DNA of 64,000 bases. It comes from Candidatus Latescibacterota bacterium. GTDB lineage: Bacteria; Latescibacterota; UBA2968; GCA-2709665. This document shows, piece after piece, positions 10,583 to 20,810 of the stretch. The stretch spans positions 3,552,001 to 3,616,000 of the forward strand of contig OZ241917.1 of assembly GCA_965203805.1 (NCBI GenBank), in the 5' to 3' direction. A program made the translations under genes and the position numbers. Below the pieces are notes generated by a model that did no database searches, was not told the DNA's origin, and saw only the letters and a list, made by a program, of their open reading frames with translations. The number at the start of each line of letters is the position of its first letter. Position 1 is the stretch's first letter.

Positions 10583-11521
10583 ATGCCCCAGCGCCTGGTA
10601 TACTTCAACGGCAGCTATGTTTCCGAGCAGGACGCGCGGATCTCCATATTCGACTCGGCCCTCATGTTCGGGGACATGGTATTTGAAATGACCCGGTCAT
10701 TCAAGCAAAAACCCTACCGCTTGCGAGACCACCTGGACCGGCTCTATGCTTCGATGAAATACGCCCGGATCGACTGCGGGCTGGGCATCGAAGATATGGA
10801 AGCCGCCACCGGCGAGACCATTGAACGGAATCTTCCCGCGCTGGAAGGCCTGGACTACCAGATTATGCACAACGTCACGCGGGGCGCCCTTCCGCTGTAC
10901 GATACGCTTGTCCGGGAAGGCCTGCGTCCGATCGTCACCATCAACGTCATCCCGCTCGTGCGCCACATCGGCGGCGCGGCCCACGCCTACGAAAGAGGCG
11001 CGCATTTCGTGATCACGCCCCAGCAGTCCGTACCCGCGCGCTATATCGATCCCAAGGCAAAAAACCGCAGCCGGATCTACTATCAACTCGCACAACTTCA
11101 GGCGCAACAGATGGAAGCGGACGCCAACGCCCTGCTCACCGACGAACACGGCTTCATCACCGAAGGCACCGGAAACAACGTTTTCATCGCACGCAACGGA
11201 GAAATCCTCACACCCAAACCCCACGATATCCTGCGAGGGGTCTCAAGACAGGCCTGCATGGAGCTTGCCGAAAAACTGAACATCTCCGTCAGGGAAGCCG
11301 ACATCGAACCCTACGACGTGCGGGACGCCGACGAAGCGTGGTACACCGCAACCACGATATGCATGGTTCCCATCACCCGCTTCGATTTTCAGCCGGTCGG
11401 TGCGGGCCGTCCGGGACCCATCTTTTGCCGGCTCATCGACGCCTGGTCGGACGAGGTCGGTGTGGACATCCCCGCCCAGGCCCGCGAATACGCCGAACGC
11501 GCGAAATCCTGGATGCCCTGA
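10583..11521 (+). CDS. Class IV PLP aminotransferase (IlvE/D-amino-acid aminotransferase family)
   Basis: ISIFDSALMFGDMVFE, HLDRL, catalytic K in AKNRSR, ITEGTGNNVF, ILRGVSR. Confidence 0.9.
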   Translation: MPQRLVYFNGSYVSEQDARISIFDSALMFGDMVFEMTRSFKQKPYRLRDHLDRLYASMKYARIDCGLGIEDMEAATGETIERNLPALEGLDYQIMHNVTRGALPLYDTLVREGLRPIVTINVIPLVRHIGGAAHAYERGAHFVITPQQSVPARYIDPKAKNRSRIYYQLAQLQAQQMEADANALLTDEHGFITEGTGNNVFIARNGEILTPKPHDILRGVSRQACMELAEKLNISVREADIEPYDVRDADEAWYTATTICMVPITRFDFQPVGAGRPGPIFCRLIDAWSDEVGVDIPAQAREYAERAKSWMP

Positions 11522-11595
11522 TCGCCGGCGACCGGACCCGACGGCGGCGATCCACCACACCCCGACGTTCAACCCCATCACACGGAGCGACAATT

Positions 11596-12612
11596 ATGCC
11601 CACCTACCGGGCGGCCATCATCGGTTGCGGAAACATCTCCGGCCGCCACGCGCGAGCCTACCTCGATCAGGGCAACGTCGAGCTTGTTGCCGCCTGTGAC
11701 ATCAACCCGCAGACATTGAATAAGACCTGCGACGAATTGAACATTCCCGGTCGGTACGCTTCTCACCAGGACCTCTTCGAGCACGAGGCCGACGTCGATC
11801 TGGTCAGCGTATGCACGTACCCGAAGTTCCACGCCGAGCAGACCATCGCTGCGGCAAACGCGGGCGCAAAGGGCGTACTGTGCGAAAAACCCATGTGTCT
11901 GAGCCTGGATGAGGCGGACGCCATGATCCGGGCCTGCCGGCGGAACAACACGCGCCTTGTCATTGCCCACCGCCACCGGCAGAGCCCCAACTTCAACAAG
12001 GCGCGAAACCTGATTGCCGAAGGCGCCATTGGAGAACCCCGTCTGGTCTGGAGCTATCTCACGAGTTGCCTCGTGGACAACGGCACCCACATCGTCGACA
12101 TGATGCGCTACCTTCTGGGCGATCCGGAGGCGGACTGGGTGATGGGGCAGGCGTCACGCAAACGCGACACTCACTATCAGGGCTCGCCCGCCGAAGAATC
12201 CAGCATGGGACTTGCCGCCTTCAAGACCGGGACCCGCGCCTTTCTGGAGATGGGCGAAAAGACGCAAACAGACGGGTTCCGCTTTCGCGTTCTGGGAAGC
12301 GAAGGGACATTGGAGGCCGCCCTCGACGAAGTGATCCTCGCGGACAAAAACGGGGTCGCACGTTTTCGCGAGGAACCCAGGGCGGGCTTCTTTGAACAGA
12401 CCGGGGAGATGATCGCGTGGATGGAAGGCGGACCCGAGCACCGGAGTTCAGCGGAAAAAGGCCGGGCTGCAACCGAGCTCCTGGTGGCGATGCACGAATC
12501 CGCACGGATCGGTGAGCTGATCGAGCTGCCTCTCAAGATTGGTTACGATCCGATGAGGAAGAGGGTAGATGAAAGGCAGCCATCAGCAGTCAGCGGTCGG
12601 CAGTCAGCTTGA
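11596..12612 (+). CDS. Gfo/Idh/MocA family oxidoreductase
   Basis: AIIGCGNIS, CEKP, DNGTH. Confidence 0.9.
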   Translation: MPTYRAAIIGCGNISGRHARAYLDQGNVELVAACDINPQTLNKTCDELNIPGRYASHQDLFEHEADVDLVSVCTYPKFHAEQTIAAANAGAKGVLCEKPMCLSLDEADAMIRACRRNNTRLVIAHRHRQSPNFNKARNLIAEGAIGEPRLVWSYLTSCLVDNGTHIVDMMRYLLGDPEADWVMGQASRKRDTHYQGSPAEESSMGLAAFKTGTRAFLEMGEKTQTDGFRFRVLGSEGTLEAALDEVILADKNGVARFREEPRAGFFEQTGEMIAWMEGGPEHRSSAEKGRAATELLVAMHESARIGELIELPLKIGYDPMRKRVDERQPSAVSGRQSA

Positions 12613-12855
12613 ATCAAAATCCAAATCAGCCGACGTCAGCGCCGTGACGTGGGCGCCGACCTCTCCCCCCGACCCCCTCTCCCAAGGGGAGAGGGGGAGC
12701 AAGGCAGCTGTCAGCTATCCCGGTTGGCGATACGTACAGTTGATGTCAATCGGCGAAGTCTGCGCCGGGATGTAGCATATTGAGATGGGGCGCGTCGAGG
12801 GCAGGACCTGCCTGCAGCGCAGGGCACTGCGCAGGCAGGTGCCCTCGCTCCCAGG
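12575..12855. repeat. Mosaic repeat: heptamer tract, CCCCCT hairpin, and a REP interrupted by a CCTGCCTG palindrome
   Basis: cagccatcagcagtcagcggtcggcagtcagcttg; gagggcagga[12807-12839]tgccctcgctccca. Confidence 0.65.
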
Positions 12856-12879
12856 CGTCCTCTCCTCCGCCCCAGGGTC

Positions 12880-14634
12880 TTACCGCTTGGAAGGTGCGCC
12901 TTTGGGGGTCGCCCCGGTGTAGAGCCCGCCCTGGCTCCGGTCGTAGATGACTTCGATGTTTCCGTTTTCCGAAACCAGCCGCGGCACGTTGCTGGCTTTC
13001 TCGTCGCGGTCGGGCCCCCGCATCACCGCCAGCTGCGCCTCGCCCATCCCCTCCAGCAGACCGCCCCACCGCTCCTCTGGGGTCGCCATTGCCGCCCCGC
13101 CGTTGAAGTGCCGCGAAGAGTACCGCGTGAGGATGACGCGGCGCGGGACGTCGCTCTTCCACGCCAGTGCACCGTGGGCCTGCGGGCCGTCCATGAAAAA
13201 GATGACGTCGCCGGCCTTTGCCAGCGGATGCGTCACCAGCCCCATGTCCTCGTCGCAGGTCCAGACGCCCCTGGGGATACCGTACTGGGACTTGTGGCTT
13301 CCCGGCACGCAGGCAAATCCCCCGTCCTCCGCGGTCACGTCGCGCAATTGCCAGGCCACGCCCACCGACGGTCCCCCCAGGGCATAGCTCCGGCCGTTCT
13401 GGAAGGTATAGTTGCGGGATGGACTCAACGGCTCATTGCCGCCATGAAGAAAATGTCCGGCGCCTCCCCTGGGAGTACAGATCGCCTCAAAGCCTGTACA
13501 CCGGAAGCCCTTCCCGCCCATCCAGGTGAGGCGGTGCACCACCGCCGGGTGGGCGAGCATCTTCCGGAACGGTTCACACCAGGGCCTGGGCAATTCAAGC
13601 AGGCCGGTCAAGGTGGGCCGCCCGGTTCCCGCCAGGCTTTTGGACCCCATGGCAAGATCCACGCTTTCAACCACGATGCGTTCCGTAAACCGGTCGATCG
13701 CCTCGTTCGCCAGCGCAAGGTCTTCCGGCGTCATCACGTTTCTGAGGACGAGGTGACCGCACAGGTCCCAGAAATAGAACTCCTTTTCGTCGATGTTCGA
13801 ATCCGGATTCCTGATATAGATGGAGGGGTGGGACAGGTCGGGTTCCGGGTCCACCCGGCAGGTCTCTCCGTCCGAACTGAGCGTTGGAGGCGGGTCGGTA
13901 TCCCTGTATCCGGGCTTGTGCAGCATCACGCGTTGTTCCGGCGTCAATTCCGCCATCCATTCCGGCTGCTCTTCCTTCCGCGTCTTCGGTCCTGTGCCGA
14001 CGGACTGAACGGCCGCGTGTCCCGCGTATCTGTACATGAGCAGCCGCTGCGGGAGCTCCTTCGTACCGGAACGTACGCCCTGAAGCAGGGTCGCCGCGCA
14101 CAGCAGCAGGTCGCCTGCCTTCAGCGCCGGCTGAACGGTCAATCCCAGGTCGTCCTTCCCGGTCAGCACGTCTTCGGGGGTTTCCACGTTGCTCTTATGG
14201 CTGCACGGGACCAGCGAAAACCCGCCGTCTCCCGAGTTCGAGTCGGAAAGCGCCCACACGGCGTGTATCCCCTGGCAGTGCCGCCGGCCGTTGAGGATGT
14301 AGTAGGCCCGTCCGGCATCCATCGGTTCATTGCCGCCAACCAGGCCGCCGGCAGCCCCATCCGTTTCACCGATCAGCTCCGGTTCGCGGTCCAGCCGGAA
14401 ACCGTATCCGATGAGCTGGTTCAGGTACCCCACCAGCACCGGATGGACCATCAGGTCGCGGAACGGCTCCCGATGCGGTGCGGGCCATCCCAGCATCCCG
14501 TTTTCACGGCCCCCGAGCTCGAGCGCCCTGTTGCACGCCTCCACCTCTTTGGGCGTCAAAACGCCACGTAAAACGAGGTATCCCGAGACATCGAAACAGT
14601 AGTTCTCCTCTTGGCTCATCTCCTGGCGGTCCAT
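12880..14634 (-). CDS. Tandem two-domain phytanoyl-CoA dioxygenase (PhyH)-like Fe/2OG protein
   Basis: Two homologous halves (E.Y.FD..G.LVLR.V; W.L.D....GGF..VP.SHKS; AGD). Confidence 0.85.
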   Translation of the reverse strand: MDRQEMSQEENYCFDVSGYLVLRGVLTPKEVEACNRALELGGRENGMLGWPAPHREPFRDLMVHPVLVGYLNQLIGYGFRLDREPELIGETDGAAGGLVGGNEPMDAGRAYYILNGRRHCQGIHAVWALSDSNSGDGGFSLVPCSHKSNVETPEDVLTGKDDLGLTVQPALKAGDLLLCAATLLQGVRSGTKELPQRLLMYRYAGHAAVQSVGTGPKTRKEEQPEWMAELTPEQRVMLHKPGYRDTDPPPTLSSDGETCRVDPEPDLSHPSIYIRNPDSNIDEKEFYFWDLCGHLVLRNVMTPEDLALANEAIDRFTERIVVESVDLAMGSKSLAGTGRPTLTGLLELPRPWCEPFRKMLAHPAVVHRLTWMGGKGFRCTGFEAICTPRGGAGHFLHGGNEPLSPSRNYTFQNGRSYALGGPSVGVAWQLRDVTAEDGGFACVPGSHKSQYGIPRGVWTCDEDMGLVTHPLAKAGDVIFFMDGPQAHGALAWKSDVPRRVILTRYSSRHFNGGAAMATPEERWGGLLEGMGEAQLAVMRGPDRDEKASNVPRLVSENGNIEVIYDRSQGGLYTGATPKGAPSKR

Positions 14635-15060
14635 TTTTCACCTCCTATATGATGTACATTTTCCAGAAACCATGATAATATGTAGTAGTCATGGTACTTG
14701 TCGATATCCGGAGGTGTCAATCGAAAAAGGGACGCGCCCCGCGTTCGCCTGTTGCTTGCGGACCGCGCCGCAAAGTGTTACCTATGTAACCGAACGGCGG
14801 GTAGACGTTAGACGGGAGACGGGAGAGGATAGCCCGCGCCCAGGGGACGACGATAGGGCATGGCGAAATCTACGTGCAATAGGCGCGCAGACCTCTCCCC
14901 CCAGCCCCCTCTCCTGTGAGGAGAGGGGGAGCTAAGGCAGGCGTCGCTTGCCGGTCATCTATAGACACTCTGATTGAGAGGAAATCGCCATCCCGGCACT
15001 CTTGCGAGCCCGGTACATCGACCCTTCACCGTTCCCTCTTCCTCCCAGGAAAGGGGTTAG

Positions 15061-15318
15061 CCTCAATTTGAAAAAAGAAGACCGAAAAATTGGCCGCAAA
15101 AAACACAAAAGGCACAAAAAGTATCCGTGCGAAGCGGCGTGTGTGGTAACGCGGTGACCCTGCAGTTATTTTCTCACCGGGCCGAAAAAGGTCGTCCGGA
15201 AGGACATTTTTTCCGTTCACGTCCAGTGACCTGAAGGATCATAGAAATCAGCAGTTAAATCACCTTTATTCACTTGCACATTTTCGAATTAACGTCCCCG
15301 AATAATGACGAATCAAGG
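15061..15318. mobile_element. MITE-like element, copy 1
   Basis: Reverse complement aligns to 28411-28777; imperfect terminal inverted repeats CCTYRATTYG. Confidence 0.7.
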
Positions 15319-15352
15319 TTTGGGGGTAGGTCTCGCGAGGGGAGAGACTACC

Positions 15353-15407
15353 TGCCTTGTGAGGTTTCTTCTCGTGCCGGAGGCATATAGGGAAAACCAA
15401 AGGGGCA
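15353..15407. repeat. 55-nt hairpin element, copy 3
   Basis: Colinear with the other three copies; followed by cgtct heptamers. Confidence 0.75.
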
Positions 15408-15509
15408 ATGATGTCATCTAACGTCTGCCGTCTCACGTCTCACCGCTTTCAGGTTTTCATTCTTCCTTCATCCTTTTTCCTTCTTCCTTTTTCTTGAAAG
15501 GATTTCACC

Positions 15510-16472
15510 ATGCCAGATCTAAAGGCTGCTGTTATCGGTTGCGGCGGGCACGCCCAGTCGCACCTGCAGATGATCGCGAACGAACCGAGGCTGCGACTGG
15601 CGGGCATCGCGGAGCTTGACGAGGAGCGGTTGCGCGGGAATCGGGCGGAATGGGCGCCGGAGCAGGCCTTTTCGGATTACCGCCGGATGCTGGACGCATG
15701 CCGTCCGGACGTGGTGTACGTGGTCACGAATCCCGGACACCTTCTGCCCATTGTTCTGGAATGCCTGAACAGGGGCATCCACACGTCGGTGGAGAAGTCA
15801 CCCGGAATGAACGTGGAAGAAACCGAACAGATGGCGAGCGCCGCCCGCCGGAGCGCGGGCAAGGCCATCGTGTCGCTCAACCGTCGATACTATCCTCACG
15901 TGCTGGCCGTCCGGCGGCGTATCCAGGCGGGCGGCGGCGCGGTACACGTCGCGGCGACGTACAACAAGCCGTTGACCCGGTTCAGGGACGCAACGCCCGA
16001 TCCGGTGATCTGCGACGCGATCCACCACGTGGACCTGATTCGCTGGTTGGCAGGTTCCGACCCAGAGGAAGCGGCGATACCGGTGGAGGTGCGGGGGATG
16101 GTGCAGGATGGCGAGCGCCCGGTGTGCCATCGCCACAATGCCGTGGTTCGCTTCGACACGGGCGCGTTCGGCGTGCTGATGAGCCACTACGGCGTGGGAT
16201 ATCGGATCCAGCGGGCGGAAGTGCATGCCGAGGACCTGTCGGCCTATCTCGATCTGACTCGGGCGCCGAAGGTGGAGGGATATGAGCGGGGCGAGGCGTT
16301 TTCAGTGGGGGACGACGAAATCGAGGCCGTGGGCGGGGCCTCCTTCAACGAGACCGCCCATTTCGTCGACTGCATTCTGGAAGACCGCACGCCATGGTCA
16401 ACGCTGGACGACGCGGTGCAGACCATGCGCCTGTGCGAGGCCATCCGCGCCGGACACGTGGGGACGTTGTGA
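15510..16472 (+). CDS. Gfo/Idh/MocA family oxidoreductase
   Basis: AVIGCGGHA, VEKSP, DAIHHVD. Confidence 0.9.
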   Translation: MPDLKAAVIGCGGHAQSHLQMIANEPRLRLAGIAELDEERLRGNRAEWAPEQAFSDYRRMLDACRPDVVYVVTNPGHLLPIVLECLNRGIHTSVEKSPGMNVEETEQMASAARRSAGKAIVSLNRRYYPHVLAVRRRIQAGGGAVHVAATYNKPLTRFRDATPDPVICDAIHHVDLIRWLAGSDPEEAAIPVEVRGMVQDGERPVCHRHNAVVRFDTGAFGVLMSHYGVGYRIQRAEVHAEDLSAYLDLTRAPKVEGYERGEAFSVGDDEIEAVGGASFNETAHFVDCILEDRTPWSTLDDAVQTMRLCEAIRAGHVGTL

Positions 16473-16531
16473 TCCTGCTTTCGATCCTGGCGCCCTATTC
16501 ACAACGCAACGCGTCTACGGGATTCGCCAGG
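16425..16531. repeat. Direct repeat, copy 1 (oxidoreductase 3' end plus permease 3' end)
   Basis: Repeated at 19653-19762. Confidence 0.85.
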
Positions 16532-18894
16532 GCGGCCTTCATCGACTGAGCGCCCACGGTGAGTATTGCGAACCCGAGCGCCAGAACGCCGCATAGCAGG
16601 AAGACTTCAGGTTCGGGATCGATTCGATAGGCGAAGTTCTGAAGCCACCTGTTCATCACGTAGTAGGCAGCCGGCCACGCCAGCAGGTTGGCAATGACCA
16701 CAAGCTTTATAAATTCACCGGAGAGCAGGAACGAAAGGTTTGAAACAGAACCTCCCAGCACCTTTCGGATACCGACTTCCCTGGTCCGCCGCGTTACGGC
16801 AAGACACGTCAGCCCGAGAAGCCCCAAACAGGAAATCAGGATCGCAAATAAAAACGTATACCCCGTAATTCTGAACCATCGATCTTCGTTTTCATACTGA
16901 CGTGCGAGATTGTCTTCCAGAAAGGAATAATTAAACGGCTCGTTCTGCGCCATTGTTTTCCATGTCTTCTCCAGAAAGGCGACGGTGCCGGCGATATCCC
17001 CGGGCTGGATGCGAACCAACAAAAAAGGCCCGCCGGTCCTCATTCCGGTATGTAACACCAACGGTGCGATACCCAGATGCATGGAATCAAAATGGAAATC
17101 CCTTACAATGCCAACAACGGTCGGTTCGCCAAGTGCGATCAGTTTTCTCAAGGGCTTCCCGACGGGATCCTCCCATCCGAGCATTCCGGCAAGTTTCTCA
17201 TTCACAAGCGCGGATGCTTTCGGACCGGTCGTGGACATCGATGGTATATTCCTTCCAGCCACCAGCTGGATATTCATGGTCTCGAGAAAATCGGAATCAA
17301 TCCGAATGACCCGGACGCCTAAGCGCTCGCCGTCTTTCGTTTCGATGCCAAACGTGGCGTCCCCGGTCGTAAACGCCCGGTCACTGATCGTTGCGCTGAC
17401 AACCCGATGATACCTGGAAACTTCCGCCTTGAACAGTTCACCGGCGTCGTGCGAGACAGGAATAACCACCACCTGTTCCTGACGGTACCCCAGGTCCTTT
17501 TTCCTCATATAATCGAGCTGTTGAAACATCATCGCTGCGCTGATCATCAGTGCTATAGATAAGCCATATTGCACAACCACCAGCACGCTCGAACCCTTGT
17601 TTCGCCTCCCTATCCGCACCTGGCCCTTAAGCACCTCTACCGTTTTGAGCCGGGGCAGTACCATCGCGGGATAACTGCCCGCCGCAAGCCCTGCTATGCC
17701 CACCATCCCCACAAGCGCCAGCGTCGTTCCCCAACTGTCCAGGTAGGGGACGCTCAGACTCTTGCGCGCCAGGTCATTGAAGATGGGAAGAAACATTTCG
17801 GCCAGAGCGACTCCCATTGCCAGGGCCAACAGGCTTAACAGCAACGCCTCCCCCCAGAACTGCCGCATGAGTTGCCTCCGCTGTGCCCCCATCGCTTTTC
17901 GTATTCCCACCTCGCGTGCGCGCCCCATGCACCGCCCGACAGCAAGTGTCATGTAGTTGATACACGCGATGGCTAACACAATGAGCGCAAGCCCGGCGAG
18001 CAGGTACGAGTAGACCACGTTGCCGTTGAGTTCGTAGTTGTTCACTATCACATCAGAATCCAGGTAAACATCCCTCAGCGGCTGAAGGCGCAGCAAGAAT
18101 CCGTCCTCTGAATTCCTCACCCGACCACCCGATTTGAAACGTCCGATCCGATCTTCAAGGTGTTGTTCGGTAAAGGGAGGAAGAGCCGTTTCCAGCGCTT
18201 CCACGTCCTGTGTATCCACAAGTTCCACGTACACAGCCGACTTTCCACCAGTCCAATCCATGGCGGACGCATAATTCGTGTGGTGCTCAATCGGTATTAG
18301 AAGACTGAATTGCAGGCTGGAAGTCTCGGGAACGTCCCGCATCACTCCCGAGACCGTAAATGCCCGATCTCCCAACAACAATGACTTCCCCAACGCCGTT
18401 GTAAAGCCTTCTTCCAGATATCCAAAGAGCTTGCGGGCGACGGTCTCGCTCACCACCACGCCATCCGGCCGCCGCAGCGCCGTCGCGGAATCTCCCGCGA
18501 GGAGTGGAAGCGAAAATATCTCCAGAAATTCGGGATCCGCCAGGCCGAAGGATTCTTGAAAGAAGATCTTGCGGTATGATACTTGCGACCGGGTCCGGAT
18601 GAAACCGCTCGCTCGTTTAACCCCAGGAAACTCCTCCTTTAACGCCTGCGCAAGCGTCGTTGGATGTAGCGTGGAAAACCCGACACCGCCGTCAGGCCGT
18701 GTCTCCCGTACAATCACCCGATAAATGCGGTCTGCATTCGCGTGGAAGGCATCGTACTGCCATTCGTGCCGGACGTACAGGAAGATCAGAATACAGCACG
18801 CGAGGCCGATCGCCAGGCCGAAGACGTTAATAAACGCATACAGCTTTTGCCTTAGCACGTTTCGCAAGGCCACGATCAGGTAGTTGCGGAACAT
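16495..18894 (-). CDS. MacB/FtsX-like ABC permease (duplicated two-domain type), paralogue 1
   Basis: MFRNYLIVALRN start, REVGIRKAMGA and REVGIRKVLG motifs, ANPVDALRCE C-terminus. Confidence 0.93.
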   Translation of the reverse strand: MFRNYLIVALRNVLRQKLYAFINVFGLAIGLACCILIFLYVRHEWQYDAFHANADRIYRVIVRETRPDGGVGFSTLHPTTLAQALKEEFPGVKRASGFIRTRSQVSYRKIFFQESFGLADPEFLEIFSLPLLAGDSATALRRPDGVVVSETVARKLFGYLEEGFTTALGKSLLLGDRAFTVSGVMRDVPETSSLQFSLLIPIEHHTNYASAMDWTGGKSAVYVELVDTQDVEALETALPPFTEQHLEDRIGRFKSGGRVRNSEDGFLLRLQPLRDVYLDSDVIVNNYELNGNVVYSYLLAGLALIVLAIACINYMTLAVGRCMGRAREVGIRKAMGAQRRQLMRQFWGEALLLSLLALAMGVALAEMFLPIFNDLARKSLSVPYLDSWGTTLALVGMVGIAGLAAGSYPAMVLPRLKTVEVLKGQVRIGRRNKGSSVLVVVQYGLSIALMISAAMMFQQLDYMRKKDLGYRQEQVVVIPVSHDAGELFKAEVSRYHRVVSATISDRAFTTGDATFGIETKDGERLGVRVIRIDSDFLETMNIQLVAGRNIPSMSTTGPKASALVNEKLAGMLGWEDPVGKPLRKLIALGEPTVVGIVRDFHFDSMHLGIAPLVLHTGMRTGGPFLLVRIQPGDIAGTVAFLEKTWKTMAQNEPFNYSFLEDNLARQYENEDRWFRITGYTFLFAILISCLGLLGLTCLAVTRRTREVGIRKVLGGSVSNLSFLLSGEFIKLVVIANLLAWPAAYYVMNRWLQNFAYRIDPEPEVFLLCGVLALGFAILTVGAQSMKAALANPVDALRCE

Positions 18895-19148
18895 CCTGGA
18901 CCCTCAACGCCTCAGTCCCATGGCGGACTCGAAGTGTGAAGCGGTGGCGACACCGAAATCAGCGATCCCGGTCGCTGGCAACGGCCATTTCGGATACCGA
19001 ACCCCGATTGCGGAAAAGCAGTGGGTTCCGACAGCGGCACCTTGGTCGATGTGGTTTGAAATCTGCAAGGATCCCTTGGGCGGCGCCTGCGCTCGCATTG
19101 TGCCTGGACCTCGGCCGACTCAAATCGCCTTGGCTGAATCGGTCCAGC

Positions 19149-19598
19149 CTACAGCCACGTGATTTGGATCTGGCGTGCCGTAATTGTGGCCTTCCCGGTA
19201 GAAAACAAGGCATCGCGCATCACCATTTTGTCATCTGTTCCGCTGCTGGCACCGTCGTTCGCTTTTAAGGTGTAATCGCGACCTCTGGGCACCAAGACAT
19301 CAATCCTTGATGCGTGGATGCGACCCTGAATTCCGTCTGTCCTGAATTCACCTGTGCGACCGTCGAAGAATATCTCCTCTGCTTTTATCCTGCCACCATT
19401 GGACAGGCGAATTACGACATTCTGCAGCGAATACATTCTGTCTTCGAGGACTCTCTCATATCCATTTTGGATGGCGGTCACCCCAACAATGTAGGTAACC
19501 TGCCGAGATGTGGCACAACTGCCGGAGAAAGCCAACAGTACAATACCCGTTACCATTGCGAGCCAGCGCCCGTGCCTGGGCTTGATGTTTCTCGGCAT
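19149..19598 (-). CDS. Hypothetical exported protein or lipoprotein
   Basis: AAGGAG RBS before MPRNIK; basic N-region, hydrophobic stretch, FSGSC lipobox-like motif. Confidence 0.55.
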   Translation of the reverse strand: MPRNIKPRHGRWLAMVTGIVLLAFSGSCATSRQVTYIVGVTAIQNGYERVLEDRMYSLQNVVIRLSNGGRIKAEEIFFDGRTGEFRTDGIQGRIHASRIDVLVPRGRDYTLKANDGASSGTDDKMVMRDALFSTGKATITARQIQITWL

Positions 19599-19652
19599 GT
19601 TTGACTCCTTGCTATCGAATTTAACGGTTGAAATCAACCTCGAGAATTGCGA

Positions 19653-19762
19653 ATGCGCCTGTGCGAGGCCATCCGCGCCGGTCACGTGGGGACGTTGTAA
19701 GGGACCGGAACGCCAGGACCTGAGCGCTACTCACAACGCAAAACGTCGACCGGATTCGCCAG
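19653..19762. pseudogene. Relic of the oxidoreductase 3' end and a permease 3' end (direct repeat, copy 2)
   Basis: + strand reads MRLCEAIRAGHVGTL*; - strand reads LANPVDVLRCE*. Confidence 0.8.
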
Positions 19763-19884
19763 CGCAGGCCGGGATGATGCGCGTTTTCTGAGGATGTTGG
19801 TTCTTATCCTGTTCATCCTGCCTGCCTCGCCTGCTTCAGCAGGCAGGCCCATCCACGTTAATTTCGGTCCATGATTGACATGAG

Positions 19885-20574
19885 CTAATTCGGCGCCTGT
19901 TCCTTGATGTTTTCCGATACCACGTGGCCGTCGAACAGGTGGACGATGCGGTGGGCAAACCCGGCGTCGTGGGCCTTGTGGGTCACCATGACGATGGTCG
20001 TCCCGTTCTTGTTCAGCTCAGTCAACAGCCCCATGACTTCATTGCCGTTGGCGGAATCCAGGTTCCCCGTGGGCTCATCCGCGAGGATGATATTCGGATT
20101 CGAGATGACGGCCCGCGCCACGGCCACGCGCTGCTGCTGGCCCCCGGACAATTGTTGCGGAAAGTGCTTCTCACGGTGCTTGATGCCCATATATTCCATT
20201 GACTCGTCCACGCGCTTCCTGCGGTCCTTCGACGGCATCTTCAGGTACAGCAGCGGCAGTTCGATGTTTTCGGCCACGGTCAGTTCGTCGATCAGATTGA
20301 AACTCTGGAACACGAACCCGATATTCTCCTTCCGGGCATCGGCCCTCTGCCGTTCCGTGTGTCCTGAGACCTCCACGTCGTTGAGATAGTATTCGCCGCC
20401 GGTCGGATTATCCAGCAGTCCGAGCACGTTCAGGAGCGTGGACTTTCCGCAGCCCGACGGCCCCATCACGGCGACGAATTCGCCTTCGCTGATCTCCAGA
20501 TTCACATTTCGAAGCGCGGTGGTTTCGACTTCTTCGGTCCTGTACACCTTCTGTAAATCGACTGTCTTGATCAT
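19885..20574 (-). CDS. ABC transporter ATP-binding protein (LolD/MacB-NBD family)
   Basis: GPSGCGKS, LSGGQQQR, ILADEPTGNLD, VTH. Confidence 0.95.
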   Translation of the reverse strand: MIKTVDLQKVYRTEEVETTALRNVNLEISEGEFVAVMGPSGCGKSTLLNVLGLLDNPTGGEYYLNDVEVSGHTERQRADARKENIGFVFQSFNLIDELTVAENIELPLLYLKMPSKDRRKRVDESMEYMGIKHREKHFPQQLSGGQQQRVAVARAVISNPNIILADEPTGNLDSANGNEVMGLLTELNKNGTTIVMVTHKAHDAGFAHRIVHLFDGHVVSENIKEQAPN

Positions 20575-20592
20575 CTCGGAGCTCCTTTCTAA

Positions 20593-20810
20593 AGTCAGCT
20601 TTCAGCTTTCAGCTATCAGCAGTCAGCCAAAAGCGGGTTCACGTCATTACATTGAAGGGTTCATATCACGTGGGAAATCACGTCATTGGTCTCCTGTTTA
20701 AAGGAAAGCGATATTACCCGCACCCAAAGCTCTTATCTCCGGCGAATCTTTACTGTGTCCGTTGTTGACCGATTCAATGATCAGTTCATGGCGATCAACT
20801 TCAGCTATAA
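20593..20810. repeat. Heptamer-tract left end shared with neighbouring elements
   Basis: tcagcagtcagccaaaagcgggttcacgtcattaca is identical to 21429-21464. Confidence 0.7.

Noticed and set aside
5394-14571. Long opposite-strand ORFs (5394-6659, 6544-7959, 13108-14571) and similar ones elsewhere (49953-51065, 57930-58928)
   Set aside because: They overlap well-supported genes, carry no motifs, and are expected in GC-rich DNA
18904-19140. Small ORF or structured RNA between permease 1 and the lipoprotein
   Set aside because: No RBS, motif, repeat match or convincing fold found
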